64,000 nt of DNA from Spirochaetia bacterium. Lineage in GTDB: Bacteria > Spirochaetota > Spirochaetia > DSM-2461. Made by a program: the position numbers and the translations under genes. Each line of letters starts with the position of its first letter. The first letter of the stretch is position 1. A model generated the notes under the pieces. It was not told the origin of the DNA. It did no database searches and saw only the letters and a list, made by a program, of their open reading frames with translations. Location: assembly GCA_963668315.1 (NCBI GenBank), contig OY764216.1:3392001-3456000 (forward strand). The letters run 5' to 3'. Shown piece after piece: positions 1 through 9,247 of this stretch.

Positions 1-2667
1 TGCGGGGCTTCCGGCGACGTCTTTGACCTGGTGATGAAGCTCAAGGGAATGGATTTCAAGGAGGCTCTGGCCTATCTGAAAGTGCCCCTGGCGGCTTATG
101 TTGAGACTCCGTCTCCCGTAAGGGTGACGGATGTCCAGCAACCGGCGGAGACGTTACCGGAACCGGAAGAGCCCGCTCCGGGCGCTAGTGTTGAGAGTGT
201 CTTAGACACTACCTTAGGTAGTTCGGTTCTGGAAAAAGCAAACCTGGATGACCTGGTGTCTTATTACGAGAAGAACCTGGCCGGGAATACCAAGGCCCAG
301 AACTACCTGAAAACCCGGGGCCTCCTGGACTGGGATCTCTTGAAAAGGTTCCGTATCGGTTTCTCCGATGGGAGCCTCAAGGGCCGTCTCTCCGAAGCCC
401 AGTACTCCGAGTTCAGGGATAGGGGGATCTTCCAGCCGAAGGGACAGGAGACCTTTGTCAGCTATATCGTTTTCCCTTTGCTGGACGAGCAGGACCGGCC
501 GGTCAGTCTCTACGGCCGGAAGATCGTGGACCGAAGCTCCCTACCGGCCCACCGCTACCTTAAGGGACCGCATAGCGGCCTTCTCAACGGGAAAGCCTTT
601 GGTGTTTATAAAGATCGAATGATCCTCTCTGAGAGCGTCATTGACGCCCTTTCTCTGATGGCATTAGGCTTTCAGAACGTCTGTCCCGTCTACGGCACCA
701 ACGGGGTCACCGGTGACCATTTTCGGATGATAGAAGAGAACCGGACGAAAGAGATTATCATAGCCTTCGATAACGACGAGGCGGGACGGAAGGCCTCCGA
801 AGAGCTGGCCGGTCGTCTTCTTTCGCTGGATACTTCCGTGAGAGTCGTTTCTCCTCCTGAAACTGTCAGTGATTGGAACGAGGCCCTTCTGGCCTCGTCC
901 CTGAAACAGGAGATAGAAGCCCTCATAGAAGCGGCCCCCTTGAGGAAACCGGAGAGCCTGGAATACCGCTCCGGGGTTCAGGTGGAAGAACGGGAGGGAA
1001 AATACTTCTTTACCGTCGGTTCTATTCTCTACCGGCTGATCGGTGTGAAAGAGGGTTTCGTTTCCTCTCTGAAGGTGAACATCCGGGCCGAGAAGGACGG
1101 GGAGAAGCACATAGACAACGTGGATCTCTTCTCCGCCCGGAGCCGGAGCAGCTTCGCCTATGCCCTGAGCCGCATCTTCGAGGTGGAGGCCGCCCGGGTG
1201 GAACGGGATCTGATCTCCCTTCTGGAATGGCTGGAAAGGGATCGGGACCGGAAACTCTCCGATCCCATTTCCATTATTGTCATAAGCCAGTCAGCCGTCG
1301 GTAAGAGCTACCTTATCGACACGGTCAAGAAGCTGATCCCTCCGGAGGATGTCCTTTCCATGACGAGCCTTTCCGACCAGGCCTTGAACTACCTTCCCGA
1401 GGAAGCCCTGCTTCACAAGTTCCTGATCATGGGAGAGGCGGTTCACTCCGATGCCGTGGATCACCAGATGAGGGAGATGCTTTCCGCCCAGGAGCTGAGC
1501 CGTCTGGTTACCACCAAGGACGAGAAGACCGGCAAGATGACAAGCCGCTTAGTCCGAAAGAAGGCCGTCGTTTCCGCCGTGATGAGTTCGGCCACCGGGG
1601 ATATCAACCCGGAGAACGCTTCCCGGTGCTTTGTTATCTCCACCGATGAGACGGAAGAGCAGACCCGGGCCATTCACCGGGAGCAGAGACGGAAATACTC
1701 GCTCGCGAGAATTCGGGAAAAACAGGAGGCTCTTCCTTCCATTGTGAAAGCCCACCACGCCGCCCAGAGGCTCCTGAAGGATGTGGTCATCATTAACCCC
1801 TTCGCCGACTATCTGGACTTCCCCGCCAGCCTCATGCGCTCCCGCCGGGACCATGAGCGTTTTATTGATTTGATCGCCTCGGTCTGCTATCTCAGGCAAT
1901 ACCAGAAACCTGAGCAGAAGGGGGGACTTAGTCCCCTTATTGAATGTGATCTTGAAGATTATAAGGTGGCCTATGACATCATGGTAAAGATCCTTCCTTC
2001 CACTTTATCGAACTTCCCCAAGAGCGCCCAGCTCCTGTATGAGACGATCCGGAGGATACTGAAGGAGAAGGCCGACCAGGAGAGCCTTCCTATTTCTGAG
2101 GTGTCGGTGACGCAACGGGAGATCCGGGAGCGGGAGGGACTGGAACACAACTTCGTGAAGCGGAACATCCGCCTTCTGGTGGAGTATGAATATTTGAACC
2201 AGAAAGGCGGCCAGAGCCGGGGCGGTAAGGCTTTTTACCGGATAAATCAGGACGGGCCGTTGTCCCTTTTTGATCTGTCGTCTATTCCCAAACCGGAAGA
2301 AGTGAAAGAACTTGTCAAAAGTGGGTCACGCCCTTTGACCCACTTTTATTTAAAGCGTGTAAAGGAGTTAGGAGAAAGTGGGTCAGGTTATGGAGAAAGG
2401 TATACCGAGAGAAAAGGTTTTCAGGGAGTTTTTGGTAGAGGAAAAGGTCCGGGGACGGACGGAGCAGAGCCTTTCCGGGGTACGCTCCCGGGTTCCCCTG
2501 TTCTTCCATTATCTGGAAGAGGAGAGAAGGGGAAATATCCTCACCGTAGGGATCAGGGAGGCCGCCGGTTACCAGGGCTGGCTTCTGAAAAGGAAGACTC
2601 AGGAGGGGAAGATTTATTCCGTCCGGACGGTGAACTCCTACTTTACCGCCGCCGGTTCCTTCTATGA
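1..2667 (+). CDS. CHC2 zinc-finger/Toprim DNA primase fused to a P-loop helicase-like domain (mobile-element type); 5' end lies outside the window; the tail past ~2390 overlaps the next gene and is doubtful
   Basis: Frame is open from base 1 (CGASGDVFDLV, end of a CHC2 finger); DnaG-like YLKTRGL...IGFSDG; Toprim ESVIDALS and AFDNDEAG, DWNE; Walker-A-like SQSAVGKS. Confidence 0.85.
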   Translation, partial: CGASGDVFDLVMKLKGMDFKEALAYLKVPLAAYVETPSPVRVTDVQQPAETLPEPEEPAPGASVESVLDTTLGSSVLEKANLDDLVSYYEKNLAGNTKAQNYLKTRGLLDWDLLKRFRIGFSDGSLKGRLSEAQYSEFRDRGIFQPKGQETFVSYIVFPLLDEQDRPVSLYGRKIVDRSSLPAHRYLKGPHSGLLNGKAFGVYKDRMILSESVIDALSLMALGFQNVCPVYGTNGVTGDHFRMIEENRTKEIIIAFDNDEAGRKASEELAGRLLSLDTSVRVVSPPETVSDWNEALLASSLKQEIEALIEAAPLRKPESLEYRSGVQVEEREGKYFFTVGSILYRLIGVKEGFVSSLKVNIRAEKDGEKHIDNVDLFSARSRSSFAYALSRIFEVEAARVERDLISLLEWLERDRDRKLSDPISIIVISQSAVGKSYLIDTVKKLIPPEDVLSMTSLSDQALNYLPEEALLHKFLIMGEAVHSDAVDHQMREMLSAQELSRLVTTKDEKTGKMTSRLVRKKAVVSAVMSSATGDINPENASRCFVISTDETEEQTRAIHREQRRKYSLARIREKQEALPSIVKAHHAAQRLLKDVVIINPFADYLDFPASLMRSRRDHERFIDLIASVCYLRQYQKPEQKGGLSPLIECDLEDYKVAYDIMVKILPSTLSNFPKSAQLLYETIRRILKEKADQESLPISEVSVTQREIREREGLEHNFVKRNIRLLVEYEYLNQKGGQSRGGKAFYRINQDGPLSLFDLSSIPKPEEVKELVKSGSRPLTHFYLKRVKELGESGSGYGERYTERKGFQGVFGRGKGPGTDGAEPFRGTLPGSPVLPLSGRGEKGKYPHRRDQGGRRLPGLASEKEDSGGEDLFRPDGELLLYRRRFLL
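2317..2385. repeat. AAAGTGGGTCA repeats: a perfect 12-bp inverted pair plus a third direct copy
   Basis: aaaagtgggtca 2317-2328 / tgacccactttt 2336-2347; aaagtgggtca 2375-2385. Confidence 0.85.
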
Positions 2668-3352
2668 ATACCTGAAACGAAAGAGCCTGGTTCCCGGGAA
2701 TCCCTTCCGATCCGTCCGCCAGGCCCGGGCCGATAAAACCCTTCCCCGGGATCTTCTCTCCGAGGAGGAAACGGACAGGCTCCTGGCCGCCCTCTTCACC
2801 TGGGAGGAGACCCGGGATATCCGCATCCCTTTGAGAAACTACAAGGTCCACCTCATGGCGGAGCTGATGTACTCCACCGGTCTCCGTATCGCCGAGCTGG
2901 CCGCCCTCAAGCCGGAGGACATCGACTTGAACGCTTCCCTTGTCCGGGTCTGGGAAGGGAAGGGGAGAAAGGACCGGATCTGCTACCTGAACGAGTATAC
3001 CCGTGAGATCCTAAGGATCTATTTGGAAGAGATGAGGCCGCTTCTCTCCGCCGGATGGAATGAAGGAAAGGAGACCCTCTTCTTCTCCTCCCGGGACCGC
3101 CTGGGTTCCGTAGCCAACAACCTCTTCAAAGACACTTGTAAGAAAAACACACTTAGTGTGCAGACCTGTCATGGCTTTCGTCATCTGATGGGATACCATC
3201 TTCTCCGATCCGGTTGTCCCCTTAGGTTCATTCAGCAGTTCCTCGGGCACTCCCGACTCCATACGACGGAGATCTATACCAAGGTGGATCAGGAGGAACT
3301 CAAGAACGTCATAGACCACTGTCATCCCCGACAGAGGAAAGCGGAGTTATGA
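2390..3352 (+). CDS. XerC/XerD-like tyrosine recombinase 1
   Basis: TGLRIAEL (R), GKGRKDR (K), HGFRH, LGHSRLHTTEIY; ATG 2390 is the likely start. Confidence 0.93.
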   Translation: MEKGIPREKVFREFLVEEKVRGRTEQSLSGVRSRVPLFFHYLEEERRGNILTVGIREAAGYQGWLLKRKTQEGKIYSVRTVNSYFTAAGSFYEYLKRKSLVPGNPFRSVRQARADKTLPRDLLSEEETDRLLAALFTWEETRDIRIPLRNYKVHLMAELMYSTGLRIAELAALKPEDIDLNASLVRVWEGKGRKDRICYLNEYTREILRIYLEEMRPLLSAGWNEGKETLFFSSRDRLGSVANNLFKDTCKKNTLSVQTCHGFRHLMGYHLLRSGCPLRFIQQFLGHSRLHTTEIYTKVDQEELKNVIDHCHPRQRKAEL

Positions 3353-4305
3353 TCTTCACGAGAGACCGGGCGGTCAATGTGATGAGGGAGTACATGAGAG
3401 AATCGGGCTATGCGGAGAGGACCGTCACGGGACGGGTTTACACTCTTCGCCGGTTCTTCGATTACCTGGGACCGGTAGATGTACGGGAAGTGAGCCGGGA
3501 AGATATCCACGGCTTTCTTCTGAGCCTGTCCGATACGGAATTGAAGCGTCACTCCAAGCAATTGATTCATAGCGCCATACGTCTCTTTTTCAAGGCTCTC
3601 TACGTGAAGGAGGTGATCCTGATTAACCCGGCGGAGGACTCCTTCTCCTTTCTGCCGGAGAGGGGGGAAACCAAGGTCATCTTTTCCGAGTCGGAGCTGG
3701 CCGGGTTTCTGGATAATATCGATATCAACAAACCCCTGGGACTCCGGGACAGGACTCTCTTTGAACTCCTCTATGCCACGGGGATGCGTTCCGGAGAGGC
3801 GGCCCGGCTCAGGGGGGAGGACATCAACGAAAAATCACGGACTATTCTGATCAGGCATACCAAGACCCGGCGGGACCGGGTGGTACCCGTTACGGAAACG
3901 GCCATGGCGTTTATTAAGATGTACCGGGGAAGGAGAAAAGGCGGCCCCGTCTTTCTGGGAACCGCCGGGCCGTTGCAGGGACCGGCCATGAATAACCGTT
4001 TCAAGGATCATCTGGCCGATCAGGGGATCTACCGGAAGGGACTGACCATTCATTCGCTGAGGCACTCGGCGGCGGTTCATCTTCTGCAGAACGGGGCGGA
4101 CATCCGGTATGTTCAGGAGCTTCTGGGTCATGATTCCTTGGAGAGTACGGTCATCTATACCCACCAGCTGCAGGAGGAACTCAAGCGGATCTATCGTACT
4201 CATCATCCCCGGGAGAACCGGTTTTTCAAGGAGGTGGATGAGGAGTACCGGCGGAAGATAGAGGAGCTGAAGGCTATGATTCTCTCGAAAGAAAAGAGCT
4301 GGTAA
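3349..4305 (+). CDS. XerC/XerD-like tyrosine recombinase 2
   Basis: TGMRSGEA, TKTRRDR, HSLRH, LGHDSLESTVIY; ATGA overlap with recombinase 1. Confidence 0.93.
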   Translation: MIFTRDRAVNVMREYMRESGYAERTVTGRVYTLRRFFDYLGPVDVREVSREDIHGFLLSLSDTELKRHSKQLIHSAIRLFFKALYVKEVILINPAEDSFSFLPERGETKVIFSESELAGFLDNIDINKPLGLRDRTLFELLYATGMRSGEAARLRGEDINEKSRTILIRHTKTRRDRVVPVTETAMAFIKMYRGRRKGGPVFLGTAGPLQGPAMNNRFKDHLADQGIYRKGLTIHSLRHSAAVHLLQNGADIRYVQELLGHDSLESTVIYTHQLQEELKRIYRTHHPRENRFFKEVDEEYRRKIEELKAMILSKEKSW

Positions 4306-4340
4306 TACCCTTGTTTCTGGGGTATGATTGTTTACGTATT

Positions 4341-5240
4341 ATGACGGTAACCGAAAGTAAGCCTTCAGATTTTTTACCTCACGTTTTCGGGGAGGGTCTC
4401 CCGGATTTTGAAGGTTCATCTTACTTCAATGCTCGGTGGTATGATGCGGATACGGGGCGGTTTATTACAGAGGATCCGGTTAGGGACGGCCTATTGTGGT
4501 ATGCCTATGCTAACAATAACCCCATGAAGTTCACCGATCCGACGGGGATGAGGCTCTCTGATCCGACTGAGGGATTGGATGAACATGACTTAGGTGTTGA
4601 TACGAATCCAAGTGCGGATGATTCTGGTTCGGGGTCGAGTTCAAATAATGATGAAGAGATATCTGAAGAGGAAAAAATATATAATCAGAACCAACCAAGG
4701 GAAAATGGTTTGGAAGAACTTCTAAACTATGATAGATTTGGCCCTGATCCTGATTCCTTGAATTACAATGATTTTGGACTTGATCCTAATCAATTGGATA
4801 AGATTCAAGAGGAAGTAGATGCTCATCTTGGATCAGCTGGTGGATTATATGGGAATAAAAATATGTGTGATGATTGGGCAAAGGATAGACTTGATAATGC
4901 AGGAGTTGATACTTCTGATTTGTTCGCAGGTGATCCTAATGGTACCAAAGTTGCTCAGGATATTGAAAATGCCCAAGAAAAAGGATTAGGAAGTTCTTTA
5001 CCAAAAGAAGGTTGGAGCCTTGTTTTTATGGGTAAATCGAAAGCTGGACTTGACGAACATGCTGGCCTTCTTAAAATGAATAGTGATGGATCAGGGACTT
5101 TTTATGATTCCTCTAGTACAAATGCTAATCAACTACCAGAAGGGCATAATTTTGATAATTTTGAAGATAAGTTCTCAAAAAGAGGTGGTGATAAATATGG
5201 TCACTATGAAACTCAAATATTTATTCCAGTTAAACCTTAG
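4341..5240 (+). CDS. Orphan Rhs C-terminal toxin module: 27-aa leader, Rhs core end, putative Cys/His (NlpC/P60- or CHAP-like) domain
   Basis: YFNARWYDADTGRFITEDP...NNPMKFTDPTG; tip has NMCDDWA...DEHAGLL...FYDSSS; AT-rich after DPTG. Confidence 0.85.
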   Translation: MTVTESKPSDFLPHVFGEGLPDFEGSSYFNARWYDADTGRFITEDPVRDGLLWYAYANNNPMKFTDPTGMRLSDPTEGLDEHDLGVDTNPSADDSGSGSSSNNDEEISEEEKIYNQNQPRENGLEELLNYDRFGPDPDSLNYNDFGLDPNQLDKIQEEVDAHLGSAGGLYGNKNMCDDWAKDRLDNAGVDTSDLFAGDPNGTKVAQDIENAQEKGLGSSLPKEGWSLVFMGKSKAGLDEHAGLLKMNSDGSGTFYDSSSTNANQLPEGHNFDNFEDKFSKRGGDKYGHYETQIFIPVKP

Positions 5241-5245
5241 TAAAA

Positions 5246-6334
5246 ATGGGGGTCAGTTTGAAAAATAAAATATTAGTTTCATTACTTTTAGCAATAGCCC
5301 TTTCAGCTTGTTATTCTCAGGGGTTGATTTCCTTTTCGTATAACGGGAAAATCGGATATTTAAATGAGACATTGAACGTTATATTATCTCCTCAATATGA
5401 TTCTGGTTCAAATTTTTCAGATGGTTATGCTGTTGTTGAATTAGATGAGAAATCTTATGTGATTGATGTACATGGAAATATCTTATATTCGACAAATTCA
5501 AATAATATGCACTATCTCGGAGATTCATTATTTACCATGCAAGGTAATCATTTTTCTAATTTCGATGGATTATATCAAATTGTCAATATTGATTCAAAGA
5601 GAATCATAGCTGAAAGATTAGCAGAAGTGGATTGGGAAAGAGCTAGGGATAGTAGTGCAATATCTGTTTTATATTATGATAGTGATATCGGAATTTATTA
5701 TATCAATAGTGAGGGGGAGCCTCTTTTTGAAAATACTCCTATCTATGGAGGTTATTCATTTCAGGAAGGATACGCAGTCGTTATGGTTGATGATTGGCTT
5801 TCTGCAATTATGGATAATAATGGGAATCTCGTTGCTCAAGATTTCATGAGACTTGGTAGGTTCTTTTCTGAAGGATTATGTCCAGCTATGACAAAAGAAG
5901 GAAAGACTGGCTATGTGAATACTAATGGCCAATTTGTTTTTGAGATACCTTTAGATACTTCAGATTTAAACATGAGAAAAAGTACTCCTTTTGAAAATGG
6001 TCGAGCAATTATCAATTGTCTTGAAGATGAAGATTATTGGATTGTCATTGATAATAATGGAAATTATCAGTCTAGTGAAATTAGAGCTGATGATTGTTAT
6101 GGTTTTAACGAAGGAATGGCACTACTTCATAAATATTCTTATACTAATGATGAGCACACTTATGGTTATGTAAACTCACAAGGAGAGATTATATATGATT
6201 ATCAATTTTCCAAAGCCGATGATTTCTACAATGGTTATGCTCGGGTTATTATACAAGGTAGGGATGCGATTATAGATAAAGTCGGGAATATATATTATTC
6301 AAGTGATTTGATGAAAAATAACCCTAATCCATAA
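5246..6334 (+). CDS. WG-repeat lipoprotein, probable immunity protein
   Basis: Lipobox LSAC; repeated FSDGYAVV / FSEGLCPA / GYVN..G WG-repeat units; directly downstream of the toxin tip. Confidence 0.8.
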   Translation: MGVSLKNKILVSLLLAIALSACYSQGLISFSYNGKIGYLNETLNVILSPQYDSGSNFSDGYAVVELDEKSYVIDVHGNILYSTNSNNMHYLGDSLFTMQGNHFSNFDGLYQIVNIDSKRIIAERLAEVDWERARDSSAISVLYYDSDIGIYYINSEGEPLFENTPIYGGYSFQEGYAVVMVDDWLSAIMDNNGNLVAQDFMRLGRFFSEGLCPAMTKEGKTGYVNTNGQFVFEIPLDTSDLNMRKSTPFENGRAIINCLEDEDYWIVIDNNGNYQSSEIRADDCYGFNEGMALLHKYSYTNDEHTYGYVNSQGEIIYDYQFSKADDFYNGYARVIIQGRDAIIDKVGNIYYSSDLMKNNPNP

Positions 6335-6370
6335 TATGCATTGATTAAAACTATCTGATATGGAATATCG

Positions 6371-6526
6371 CACCCCGGCGGCGGCTCCCCTCCGGTTCAC
6401 CCGTCTGCTTTGCAGACAGACCGCCTTTGTTCCGATAAGGCGCCTTATCGGAACAAAGCCTTGAACCGTCGCTCCGCACGCCAAAGGTAGACAGAAGCAG
6501 AGCCTCTGTCTACCGCCGGGGTAATT
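6371..6526. repeat. Structured GC-rich repeat, copy 1 (shorter variant)
   Basis: Near-identical to 39029 and 40502 over most of its length; 34-bp perfect palindrome at 6425-6458; outer stem ccccggcgg/ccgccgggg; ends GGGTAATT. Confidence 0.92.
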
Positions 6527-6616
6527 ACAACGCATGATTTACTGAAATATTCCCCTGACGAGTACAGATTAAGGTATAATATTCCTTAGAAGAATAGGAA
6601 TACAGTAGGATTAGCG

Positions 6617-6811
6617 ATGCAAGAATACAAAGGCTATAAAACACAGATGCACTATGATCCAGATGACAAAGTTTTTTTCGGGAAGATAGAAGGTATTCAA
6701 AGTAGTATAACGTTCCATTCTGAAGATCAGGAAGGTTTTGAAAAAGAATTTCATGTTGCGGTTGATCACTTTCTTGAAGTCGCTAGAGCTAATGATTTAT
6801 CCTTTCTTTAG
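6617..6811 (+). CDS. HicB-family antitoxin-like protein, N-terminal domain only, no hicA seen
   Basis: EYKGY...YDPDDKVFFGKIEGI...ITFH...EFHVAVDHFL resembles the HicB N-terminus. Confidence 0.7.
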   Translation: MQEYKGYKTQMHYDPDDKVFFGKIEGIQSSITFHSEDQEGFEKEFHVAVDHFLEVARANDLSFL

Positions 6812-7105
6812 TATTGTTTCCGCTATAAATGTGATCACGTAAAACTTAGCTTTTTTTGTTGATTTGACTTTTCCTACAGATAAGAATGACCCCTAATTTT
6901 CCACAGTATTGCAGTTTCCTAAAATGGTAATTTCCCAGAAGACAGAGATTCTCACTTCTTATTAGATGGGACAGATTGGCTCAGTTTTGCCAGGTATTCA
7001 ATGGGAGATTTTTAACCTACTTTAGAAAGCAAGATAAAGAGTGTAGTATGATGAGCCCTCGTGTCAAACCACTTCTTCAAAATTAATAAGTGGAATCCTC
7101 CGATA

Positions 7106-7939
7106 TCAAGCTGCCTGATCCTTCCCAATCTGGAAGGACTCATAAACATCATCAGGAGTTAAATAACCAAGCCCCTGATGAAATCTTTTCCCGTTGTAGA
7201 AGCGAAAGTATTTCTGTATCCCTTTCTTCAACTCCCGGACATTCTCATCGGATCGGAGATAGATATCCTCGTATTTTAAACTACGCCAAAGACGTTCCAC
7301 ATAGATGTTGTCACGCCAGCTTCCCTGACCATCAATACTGATTCTGACTCCCGCTTCCTGGAGCGGTTTCAAAAAAGCATATGAAGTAAATTGACACCCC
7401 TGATCCGTATTAAAGATCGCCGGCGTTCCATATTTATCCATAGCTTCCTTTACGGCGGCGATACAGAACTCAGAATCCAAAGTAGTAGAGATCTTCCAGG
7501 TTAATACCTTACGGCTCCAGACGTCCATTATGGCTACAAGGTAGGCAAATCCCTTATCCATTTTAAGATAGGTGATATCAGTGGCCCAAACCTGATTGGG
7601 ATAGCGGATTCTTTTTCCCTTTAAAAGATAAGGATAGATGGGATTCTGCTTATTGGGGATAGAGGTAAATTTTCTGGGAGAAATAGCCCGTAAGCCTAAT
7701 TCTCTCATAAGACGGCGAACTCGCTTTCTGCTTGTATTATAGCCTTCTGAATTCAATTCCTCAGCCATTTTTCGATAACCATAGAATGGGATCTGAATGA
7801 AAAGTTCTTTAAGGCGAATCTTCTCTTCTATATCTTTCCGATCTTCCGGTTTAGGATCATAGTAATAAGCCGTCCTGCTGACATTGAGAATTTTACATTG
7901 CTTCCGGACAGACAATTTCCTATGATCCGGCTCTATCAT
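7106..7939 (-). CDS. IS3-family transposase OrfB (DDE)
   Basis: WATDITY, FNTDQGCQFTS, DNIYVERLWRSLKYE. Confidence 0.93.
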   Translation of the reverse strand: MIEPDHRKLSVRKQCKILNVSRTAYYYDPKPEDRKDIEEKIRLKELFIQIPFYGYRKMAEELNSEGYNTSRKRVRRLMRELGLRAISPRKFTSIPNKQNPIYPYLLKGKRIRYPNQVWATDITYLKMDKGFAYLVAIMDVWSRKVLTWKISTTLDSEFCIAAVKEAMDKYGTPAIFNTDQGCQFTSYAFLKPLQEAGVRISIDGQGSWRDNIYVERLWRSLKYEDIYLRSDENVRELKKGIQKYFRFYNGKRFHQGLGYLTPDDVYESFQIGKDQAA

Positions 7940-8238
7940 TTGTAATCCTTGCCGTACAGTTGCTTGTACTTTTTTTTTAGAAACTCATTCTCATAATTGG
8001 CTTCGCCTAGCTGTTTGAAAAGTTCCTGCTCTTTTTTCTTGAGAGTTTCCAATTCCTGATCCTTTTTGTTCTTCCGGATAAAAAGGGAACTGGCATTTCC
8101 CATAAGCTGCTTTTTCCACATGCTGATCTGGTTGGGATGAACCTCATATTCTTCCGCCAGCTCTTGAAGAGTCTTTTCTTCTTTGATTGCTTCCAGGGCA
8201 ACCTTCGCTTTAAACTCTTCATCGAATTTTCTTTTCAT
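7936..8238 (-). CDS. IS3-family transposase OrfA (HTH)
   Basis: RKFDEEFKAKVALEA...LAEEYEVHPNQISMWKK. Confidence 0.93.
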   Translation of the reverse strand: MKRKFDEEFKAKVALEAIKEEKTLQELAEEYEVHPNQISMWKKQLMGNASSLFIRKNKKDQELETLKKKEQELFKQLGEANYENEFLKKKYKQLYGKDYK

Positions 8239-9247
8239 TGATCGTCTCCCTTTTTCATATTATCATGAATCGGGAAATCCAACTTAATATTTAAAGGACT
8301 GGCTTACCCTGTGGGCTCATCATACATGGATTTACAATTATCATTGAAAATTGTCAGCTTCGGCAATCTTTACTAGAATGGAAAAAGTGTAAGAGAGGTC
8401 TTTATCTATTTGCAGGGGAAGTCTAGATTGCATACAGTGCTTATACAATAAAGATGTCGATTATGGTGTCTTATAGTGAACGTATAAGAAAAATTCCCTT
8501 CTCAACGATTTTTTCAACCTTCTTGTTGTCTTTTCGCATGCAAGATGGCTAACACAGGTATTGTAGATTCCTGAATTGTATAGATGATCTGATACGGGAA
8601 TTGTCTAATCAGAATTTTCCTATAATGTTTATGGACAATTGGAAACATGGGGGATTCCTCTTAATCATTAAAAATCCGTTATCAAGACAATTAAGAAATT
8701 CCCGGTCCAGATATAGCGCTTTGATTCTATACATTGAAGTGTTTCACGGATCTCATTCTGGGCTTATGACCAATTCATATTTTATTAAAGGGCTTAATTC
8801 TATTCAAGTGCAGATCATAAAGAATCCCATGATAAAACCGTTTTAGGATTATGTTTATAGTGTTCTTACCTTTGCTCAAGATACCTAATCTGAATATCAG
8901 TCAGATTTTAAGTCCCATTGGACACTGCTATCGGAACCTATATATTTTCTATGATAATTTTTTTTACTTCAACTGGTCAGGACGACCAATGGTATATAAT
9001 ACGATGCCAAACTTAAGCCAGTAGCCAGGGAGGACTGAAGGCAATCCGGAGGCCTTTGTATAAAACCGAATTATGTGTGGGACAGGCGTAGGGCAATTAT
9101 CTGTCAGCGGGTGATTGGGGAAACTTGTGAGGCCGTTGGACCAAAATCGTCCTGTCGTCCGGTCAGGATAACGGGGTTGTTACTTTGAGACCTTAGTTTG
9201 CTCCCCCGGTTTCTCATAAACCGGGGAGCGAATCAAAAAGCAAACAT

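Larger units (their letters stand above)
7045..8326 (-). mobile_element. IS3-family insertion sequence
   Basis: 13-bp terminal IR gtatgatgagccc (7046-7058) / gggctcatcatac (8313-8325); orfA and orfB; A9G slippery run near the orfA end; no clean target duplication seen. Confidence 0.9.

Noticed and set aside
8330..8950. ORF 8601-8846 and possible decayed gene around the IS3
   Set aside because: No RBS or motif recognised; cannot support a call
9200..9229. Hairpin after the gsp operon as an intrinsic terminator
   Set aside because: Strong stem but no adjacent T-tract in the direction of gsp transcription; function unassigned
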